Origin: Octopus vulgaris
Taxonomy: Eukaryota
Assembly: GCA_951406725.2 (NCBI GenBank)
Contig: OX597832.1
Coordinates: 39,990,001-40,054,000 of the forward strand
Direction: 5' to 3'
DNA: 64,000 bases
The notes under the pieces are model-generated. The model saw nothing but the letters and a program-made list of their open reading frames with translations, did not search any database and was not told the origin of the DNA. Shown here piece after piece: positions 12,401 through 22,771 of this stretch. The position numbers and the translations under genes were made by a program. Within the stretch, counting starts at the first letter, position 1; each line of letters opens with the position of its first letter.

Positions 12401-15400
12401 GTTCAGCAAGTTACTTTCTTTCAGACGGTACAGAAATACAAGGACAGATCCCTTTTGTTTGACAGTATTCTGAAACAAAACAAAGAAAAAGAAATTGTGA
12501 TTATTTTTTTTTTCACATAGGGAGAAGCCCGAAAGTTCTGGGACAAAAAAATAGTCAACTATAATGATTCCAGTCCTTTGCCATTTGTCCTTCTCAAGTC
12601 AATAAAATAAAGTATCGGTCAAGTTGGCCGCAATGGGATTTGAACTCAGATTGTAATGGTCCATTGTGAAATACCACAAGGCATTTTATTTAATGACTAC
12701 CACTAACTCTTTAGCATTTAAACCGGCCATATCCATCTCAAATATTCTACCTGCTTTATGATCAAATTAGTCAGATCTGGTTTCTCACACCTACCCTACA
12801 ATGTCATTCTAAAAATAAGCAGTCGTTGAAATCTCCAAGCAACAAAATAATATGTGAATACTTCAAAACAATGTCAATAAATACCATTACATTCGACAAT
12901 CTGAATGCTAAAGGGTTAAGCAATAATTATTTCTACCAAAGACATAGGGCCAGGAATATAGGGGGGGGGAGGAGTCTTTCAAAATTTCAGCATTGATAAA
13001 ATCAAGAACAGGTTAAATACAAGGAGATCAGTTTAATGAAGTGTACCCCAACCACTGTACAAATCAACATATAAAAGGTCATAAAATCATTAATTGTCCA
13101 CCTCGCAAAAAAACTTCACAACAGTAAGAGTGTAATGATCGTGTTGACTTACATTGTTCTGGAATACTCTGTAAGAACTGGCAAAGGAAGCAGCTTCTTT
13201 CTCTTTTCCATTTCTAGCCACTGCAATCAGAAAATGCACAACACTTAAGCACTGATGACTGAGAAAAAGGATAATACTTCAACAACAACAACAACACCAA
13301 TCCATCAATATTTCAACATTAAGGCAGCAAGTTGGCAGAATCATTAGCATACAAGGCTAAATGTTTAGCAGCATTTCATCTGTCTTTACGTCCTGAGTTC
13401 AAATCCTGCCACGGTCAACTCTGCTTTTATCTTTTCTGGGTTGTTAAAATAAGTACCAGTTGTACTCTGGGGTCGATGTAATCAACTTACACCCCCTACC
13501 CCAAACTTTCTGGCCTTGTGCCAAAATTTGAAACCAATATTTCAACACATTCTTTTATAATATATCTCAATCTTGTTCCACCTCTTTTCGCCATCTTACT
13601 TAGACTTAACCCTAACTTCATCAAATTAAGCCTGAATTCTAAAACTTGTAGCTGACTTATTCTTGCTTTAATCACATTATTATCTTCATCACTATCAGTG
13701 TTTTAATTAGCAGTTTCTTCTTTTTTAATTACCATCTTCCCATACTGAAATGGATAGAACAGATCCATCAAAAAGTACTTTTTTTTAACTAGTTCATGAC
13801 TACCAAACTTTCTTATCAAAATTAGTTTATCACAACATCAATTACTAGCAACAGTTTGATAGGTCTACAATACTTCATCACATCAGGTCTTTCCTCAGCC
13901 CTCCTGTGTTATATCATCAGCAAAGCTCAATGCATCATTTTAGGTCGGTCTTCTATAGACATTTCCCATAATTTGGTCACAACACTTTTCAAATCAGCCT
14001 ATGATATTTATCGAAACTAGTGGTTCTCAACCAGGGTCCATATAAGATTTAGTAGTTAAAATTTATGTGCAATAAATTTGTGTTGCCAAAAAAAGAGACA
14101 GTCGGTTAGCAGTCCCCTTGATATGGACAGAAGAGATCATTTTATTTATCTAACACATATAGGCACTGCTCTCTACTTCAAAGCAAGCCCAGCATGGCCA
14201 GAGTTCAATGACTGAAACCAGTAAAAGAATAAATTGGCTATACTTCTACAAGACACAAAATATTAAAAATTTTTTATACATTTCCGAATAAAATTCAAAT
14301 ATAAAAATTTTTTAAACACCGATGGTCCACTGACCTAATTTAACAGTCCATGATAACATAATTATTTCCCTTGCTCATACAGCTGTTAGAGTTGTTGATG
14401 CCCACCACCAACTAGACTTTCCCTCCTGGCATGGTTATATCTATCCATATCACCTGCCCGCATTAACATAATTGTTTCCCCTGGTTACACCTAACAAAGC
14501 CACTGCCGTCCAACCACATTCTCAACCAACAGAAGTGGACAAGCAACACTGAAGAAGTTACAGAGTGGAGCATCCCAATGCGGTGCTGGCCAGGCAGACA
14601 AACGTGTGCAGTACTTAAAAATAGGGAAAATATAAATTGAGGTCTGGTGTGCTGCTGTTGACTCAGTGTTGGCAGGAAGGGACTTTGCTGTGGATATTTT
14701 ATTGGAACTTGGTTCGAAGGTTTCTACAGGTAAAAAAAAAAAAGATTGCAGGAGAGAAAATACAAAGAGAAAAAAGAAAAAAACGATGAGGACCACAACA
14801 TAAAAATATTCCAGCTCAAAACAAGATGTTACCTTGGATTTCCAGATGCTAATAACTGAAATACAAAAACCAATACAGCATTAAAATTTCAGAAATCCCT
14901 AGAAGGGATCTTTCAAGTAAATAAGGTCTCACACAACAAACAAACTGCAAGTAAGATATAAGCCTTCAGGGACCATACTTGTATATCAAATAGAAATTCT
15001 TTTTTTTTTTTGGTAATTAAAGAATAATCTATTGAAAATGATTAATAAACGAAGAAATACATTTCATATATACACACACACACACATATATATAAATTAT
15101 GGCTAAAAAAAGCTTTTAGTAGTGTCCACAATAGTATATTAATACAAAAAAAGAAAGATTAGTCAGTGAAGGTCACGTTTCTTAGTTTATGCATATACAC
15201 ATATAAAAGGGGTTTGAATTTTCCAAAGCAAATACAATGAAATACTGCTTAACACTATCTCTCTCTCTCTCATATATAAAGAAATAATTGAGATTCCGTT
15301 GAATTATGTACGTAAGTTGAAGCACCAAATTAGTGTAGTATTATCCGTACAACTTAAAGTAAGGTGAATAAAATCAAAATAAGCAACAGGATATCAAGAG

Positions 15401-18400
15401 GTGATGCAGTACGACCGTTTCAAGCGGCTCCATTTAATTGAACAATGCAATCGTTACATCAATTTAAATGCAGGGCTATCCTCAGCTGCAAAAATAAATA
15501 TAATTTTTTAATCAGTTGGACACAATGTAATTTTACTCAAATTTTCTAATAGAGCAAGGAGAGGGAAAGAGTCCATGTTGCTACTAATGTGACTCAGAAT
15601 ATTATTTATGCAGATAAGGAGAGCCCTCTGCATTTAAATTGATGTAATGATTGCATTGTTCAATTAAATGGAGCCACTTAAAACACACACACACACACAC
15701 ACACACAAGGGGCATGGTTCTTTTAATGCCCATCTATCAAATCTACTCACAAGGTTTTGCCCAAGCTGCTGCACAGTTGGACCGAACCTAAAACCATATG
15801 GTCGGGAAGGAAGCTTCTTAACCACACAGCCATATATTTTACATCATCATCATCATTTAGTGTCCACACCCCATGCTGGCATGGGTGGGGCAGTTTGACA
15901 ATTCAACAACAGGTCAGAAAACTGTGTTGAGCGCCAATGTCAGTTTTAGCAATGGTTTCGACATGGCTACATGCTGCTCCTAATGCCAACCACTTTACAC
16001 ACATACACACAGTCCTGGGAAGGTAGAAAGATAGGATATTTCCAATGCAGCACTCAAACCAAGCTTTACGCTATCTACACTGTTGGATTCCAGATTAATA
16101 ACAAAATTCTTCAAGCATAATAAAACATCAACTCTCCCTAAATTTCTTTGGCTCTCTTTCTCTCCCATTTTTTCTTTCTCTCTCTCTCTGTTCACCACCA
16201 CCCACACCATCTCTATGCCTACTATTACTCTCACCCCTATCGTGAGGAATAGTAGGAGTGGCACTGAATAGTGAGAGGGGGTCTAACTGTGACACACTGA
16301 CACACAGAAATGAGTTTTTTGCATCTATTTTATCAGATATATATATATATACACACACATATATATAGATATACAGAGACACACTCTATATCTAAGCCAC
16401 TTACAGCAGAGTTTTAATAATTAATACTTACAGTGTCTTTTAATTTTCTCCACAATATCAAATTCATTACAGTTAGTCGGAGTATCAAAATGCCTGAAAG
16501 ATACAGAAAAAACATTATCAACATCAACACTTGTTATAAGAGTGAACAAAGTTAACAGCCACACCAACAGTGGTAACTAATTCTTGATCACAAATTGCCC
16601 AGAAGACAGTAGTCGACTGTAGAATTTCTCAAAATGGCTTCCAAAGAATTCTAAGGTCCTGTGAAAAAAAATTCCAAGTTTCTGCAAGAAGAGGTATTTT
16701 GATAAAGTTTAAGAAAATTTAATTTAAATAGGAAATGCCATTGTATGATTTCAGGCTCAGCCACCTTGGTCAAATGTCTTCTGATATAACATCAGATTGA
16801 CCAATGGCTTGCAAGTGAATTTGGTAGACAAAAACTGTGAGGAATCCCATTGTGTATGTATGTATGTATAGACATGTGTAAAAAGTACCCATGTCGGCAC
16901 CATGTACAAAGTACCTGTGCCAGCACTACATATGCTAGTGGGGCAAATTAGTAAGAACCTGTACCAGCAACTGTGACAAGCACCACACAAAGAGCATGCA
17001 TACCAGCACCAGGTAAAAAGTGCCAAGTACACACTGTAAGGTGATTGATGTTACGGAAGGGCATCCAGCCATATATATCAAGCCAAAACAGACGATTGGA
17101 GGCTGGTGCAGTGCTCCAGCTTGCCAGTTCCAGTCAAACTGTCCATCCCATGCTGGCATGGAAAGCAGACATTAAATAACGATGATGATGATGATGGCGC
17201 ATGTGTGGGTGTCTTTGCATTTGTCCTACTGCTTGATAAGAGGTGTTAGGGTTTTTACAAAACCGTAACTTGGCAGCTCAGCAAAAGAGACCAATAAAAT
17301 AAGTACCAGACTTTAAAAAAAAAATGTACTGAGGTCAATTTGTCCAACTAAACTCTTTGAGGCAGTGCTCCAGTATGGCCGCAGTCCAACGAATGAAAAA
17401 GATAAGACAACAGAGTGTCAACACAGAATGTAAAGAGCCTTAAACTAAATGTCACAATGCATTTAATCCGTTGCTCTACCAATTATACCATGATTAATAA
17501 TTTGAAATGTATCTGAAGATGTGCTTAAGTCCTAGCTACCATTACTGTGGTTTTATATATTTATGATATAATGACCATACTAAGACACAAAAACGTCTGA
17601 TTAATCTTTCTATGAACAAGAACAAAATGGACTTACTTGACCTGGTTTCTGTCCTGGATGGGACTGCCCTCACAAACCAAGTACTCCAGTTTCTCTGTTT
17701 ACAGATATATGGCTAATATTTACAGGCCACTTAATCAGATGACGACACCAAACTGGTATGGCCAGTTTGCAGAAATAATGCTATCTTAATCTGTTGTTTG
17801 GTACATTGGTAATTAAATATTTATGGACTAAACAGCAGATTTAAGCAACATGAAATATATTACAAGACAACATTTGTTTTAGCCTGTGTTTCTTTCCCTT
17901 TTAATACACATGTAATTTGTATGCAATGATAATAATAAAAATAATAAATGACACTGAATCAGTATAATAGTTTCCCCATATATATATATATATATAATAA
18001 TTATTTGAGGGAATATTATTCCTAACTTACAGGGAAAAATTCAATTTAGAAATACTAAATATAATAAATATATACGTTTTTATTATTTTTTTACAATTTA
18101 CTTAATCTTCAGTATATTATTGTTATTTTAATATTTCTATTATATGCAATTTTCTAGATGGTGTAATTTAATTGTTCATTTTGAATTGATAAAAGGTGGT
18201 TTTTTTTCTAATTTTTATATATATATATATACATACATACATACATACATACATACATACACGCACACAGGTGAGCACGTAAGTACAAAAAAAGTGGAGG
18301 GAAAATAGTACTCGAATACCAAAAGTAGAGTAATATGCTTTTATTAAAGCTGCAAAATTATCACAAAAACTATCACTCTGAGTTTCACGTTCCCATTTGT

Positions 18401-19996
18401 CAGGCAGTTGTGAAGAAAACACAACTGTCTGACAAACAGGAATGTGAAACTCTGAGTAACAGATTTTCTGATAATTTTGCAGCTTTAATAAAAGAATATA
18501 CACACATATATATGTGTGTATATTCTTTTATTAAAGCTGCAAAATTATCAGAAAATCTGTTACTCAAGTTTCACATTCCTGTTTGTCAGACAGTTGTGTT
18601 TTCTTCACAACTGCCTGACAAATGGGAACGTGAAACTCAGAGTGATAGTTTTTGTGATAATTTTGCAGCTTTAATAAAAGCATATTACTCTACTTTTGGT
18701 ATTCGAGTACTATTTTAGGGATTCACACAGACAGATAAACACACATTCTCAAACTAGGAAACGGACTTTTTTTAACAACGAAAAAACAGAGTACAGGACA
18801 AACAATACAAGGAAAATTCCCCTTCATCAGCTGTCCCTGGATCGACTCAATGCGTGTTTTGAAGGTAGGGGCAGAACACAACCCGGCCGAAACAGTCCTT
18901 CCTGCAAAAGGAATTAAATAAAATTCTTTTGCAGAGGGGTAAAACAAGCGACATATATAGATGAAAAGCATGAAGCTTGGAAATTTATCAGGAATCCGTT
19001 TCACTGTGAAGTGACTAATGTATTGGATCGAGTGCAAGAGGGGTTTCTTGAGCTGAAGTTCAACTCCCCAGCCAAGGAAGACTTCAAAGAAATGGATCTT
19101 GAAACGTTCTGGATCAAGTACCTTCCTGTTTACCCTCTGATCTCACATCAGGCTCTTCAGATTTTAGCTAAGTTTGGATCCATGTATCTTTGTGAAGCTG
19201 ATATTTTCCACGCTCGTTGCTCTCAAGACCAAGTACAGAAACAGGCTGAATGTTGAAAGGGACTTACATTGTGCACTCTCTGCCAATCAACCACGCATTC
19301 AAGATCTTGTAGCTCAGAAGCAGTGGCAAGTATCTCACTTTTCATATTATGTAATTATATATAAAATTATACAGATTTTAGATTTTATTGGTTACTATGG
19401 CTGGATGCCCTTCCTAATGCCAACCACTCCGAGAGGGTAATAGGTGCTTTTACGTGCTACCGGCATTAGTGCCAGTTGCATGACACCAGTATTTGTCATG
19501 ACCATGATTTCATTTGGCTCCATGGGTCTTCTTCTCAAGCACAGCATAGTGCCAAAGGTCTTGGTCATTGCCCCCCCGTGAGGCCCAGCACTTGAAAGGT
19601 GCTTTTTACATGTCACTAGCACAGGTGTTAGTTACACAACACCGGCATCATTACCTACATAAGGCCCAGCACACACACACACATATATATATATATATAA
19701 TCAATATATCTGTATATTTACTTTCTCTAGGATGTTACTAATTGATTTGAGAACTTTATATTATTGGAAAACCTATATATAAATTAGCTGAAGATTACTT
19801 GACATATCATATCTGCTGTAATAGTTACAGCTTTTGAAACAATTGTATGAAACAATTGTACTAAATTACCAGATCCATTCTTGTTGCTTATTTTTGATTA
19901 TAATCACCCCACATATTTTTATGGGTAACACCATAAAAAATTCTGGTGCATCTAAATTAAGTACCATATTCATTTGAATCTAAATTGTTTGCTGAT

Positions 19997-20041
<45 letters not shown>

Positions 20042-22716
20042 ATATTAGGGAGTAAATCCAATTTAATTTATATATATATATACACACACACACACACATA
20101 TGTACACATACTCATACAAGCATACATACATATATCATGGGCTTCCTGCAGTTCTGTTTACAAAATTCACTCACAAGGCATAGGTCAGCTATAGTGGAAG
20201 ACGTTTCCCCAAGATGCTGCACAACAGTATCAGACACAAAATTTCGTGATTGCAAAGCAAACTTCTTAACCAGACACCCATTCCTGTTTAAAATCTAGTC
20301 TTACAGTGGAATAAATTACCGTTTTAAACAAAACAGTGCAGATGATAGAAAAGACCAGTTATATGAGTCATTAACCTTCACCAAATTCCACTTAATCATT
20401 CTGTTCTAGTAAGATCCAACAACTTCCAGCTACATTGAGAACGGTGCTTAGCTAACTAGTATATTAATTTGCATATTGGTACAGCAACTTACGCCCACAT
20501 AGTGTATGGCATTTAGCTAACGAGTGGATTTAAGTAAATTTAAATATTAGTGATGGTTTAGCAAATGTTAAAAATTCTATTTATATCAAGCATGGCATGA
20601 AAACTATAAAAAAAAAAACTAAAAAAAGGTTGAGTGTAACAAAATATGTTTATACACGTTTTAAACCTACAAATATACTCTGCTATAGTCAATTTTTATT
20701 TTTACAAATATCAATGTTATTATCAATTGAAATGTCAGAGAGAAAATGTGTAGAGTGTCCTGTGTTTATTGCATGGTGCTGATGACATTAAAGTGCTTCT
20801 TATGTAACCAATTTTTAAAAGGAGATAATTTTATTAACATGACCAACAAGTGGAATATATATATATATATCATCATCATTTAACGTCCGTTTTCCATGCT
20901 AGCATGGGTTGGACGGTTCAACCGCGGTCTGGGAAGCCAGGAGGCTGCACCAGGCACCAGTTTGATCTGGCAGTGTTTCTACAGCTGGATGCCCTTCCTA
21001 ATGCCAACTACTCATATAGATATATATAGAATACTTACATGCTAATGATCTTGATTGCATGTTGGTAATAAGGCAGGATTTCATCTGAAAAGGTCAACAA
21101 GACAAGAATTAAGAAACCAATCTTAACAACACAAAATGCTCTCACACACACACACACACACACACACTGGTTCTTCTCCATAGCCTGGTCATAAAAACAA
21201 ATTTAGATCTTTTATGTTTTACTTGTTTCAGTCATTAGACTGTGGCCTTTTCTGGGACACTGCCATGAAGATTTTTTAGATGAATGACTCAACCCCAGTA
21301 CTTAATTTTTTAAAGCCTGGTACTTATTCTGTTGGTCTCTTTTGCCAAACCACTAAGTTACGGGGACACACCAACACCAATTGTCAAGTGGTGGTGGAAG
21401 ACAAACACAGACACAAAGATAGATAGATACATACATACATACATATATATATATCAGGTTAAGAATGAAACGTCCGCTTTTAAACTGAAAGTCTATTTTA
21501 CTTTGTCTCAACAAAAATCAATGCAGTTAAAGTATGCACCTAAATTATCAATACAATTTTGCCATTTTATCGGTAGCTTATTTATGCCAGCAGCGAAGAA
21601 TTCTGGAGAGTAAGAGGGGATGAAATCACAAAAGGCTGTTTTTGCATCTTCTTCAGATTTGAAGTTTTTTTTCCATGCAAAAAGTTGTCTAATGCCTGGA
21701 AGACAGGATCATCAGTTGGTGCAAGGTCTGGTGAATATGGTGGATGACAGAGTACTTCCAAGTTCCGTTCCTGTAACTTGAATAGAGTTCTTTGTGCAAC
21801 ATGTGGTCAAGCATTGTCTTACAAGAGAACTGACCTGTCTTTATTGACCAATCTCGGTTATTTAATTGCAAGTTTACTCATCATTTCATCCAATTGGTTG
21901 ATGTATACATCCACTGTAATTGACTTACTAGGTCTCATGAAGCTGTAGTGGATGACACCAGTGCTGGACCACCAAACAGATACCAATAGCCTTTTTGGTG
22001 AATATTCTTTGTTGGCACTTCGTCTTTATCTGACCACCATGCAGAACACTTGCTATTGTTGGAAAGAATCCATTTTTCATCACACGTAACAATACAATAC
22101 AAAAATGGTTTGCTTTTATGCCGTGACAACAAAGAACAGCAAGTTTCAAGATGACGTGTCATTTGATGCTCTTTCAGTTTGTGTGGTACCCACTTGTCCA
22201 GCTTCTTTACCATGCCAATTTGTTTCAGATGGTCCAATACAGTTGGAATCAAAACATCAAACCTGCTGCTAACTCAACGCTCCCTCCCGCAGCTTTAGAG
22301 TCCTTTGGTGAGCAACCATTGTTGCCCACCTTTTTCTTTTTTTTCTGGGGAAGTCCCTATCTCCTTGACTACTTCCACAACCAACTGTTCCAAGACCCTG
22401 CTCTGGTCCTGGGGACAGTTCTTTTTGATGTGGCCCGGTTCCAGGCACAGATGACACTTGGGTGGGGAGGCGTCCTTCAAGAATCACCAGGTACTTGCAA
22501 CTGGCCATTTTCAAAAAAATCTGGAAAAACCAGATTCTTGGCTGATTGGGTCCACAGGGTCAAAACAGCTTCTGACCCAACCCAATCAGTCACCGGCAAA
22601 ATTTTAACATTAAGCAGCTTGGATCTGCTGCCACCCAGACCCCAACGGATAGTGTCCTCTATCCACTCGGGTTCTATGTGTATATGTATATGTTTGTATG
22701 TAGATATATATGTAAA

Positions 22717-22771
<55 letters not shown>

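Noticed and set aside
16403-16431. Alternative donor (GTAAGT) 27 nt into TUBGCP3 intron 3
   Set aside because: The extension contains an in-frame TAA, and nothing beyond the motif supports its use.
17635-17790. Possible extra TUBGCP3 exon (donor AA|GTAAGT at 17636)
   Set aside because: No convincing acceptor, no GCP3 similarity, and exons 2 and 3 already join in frame.
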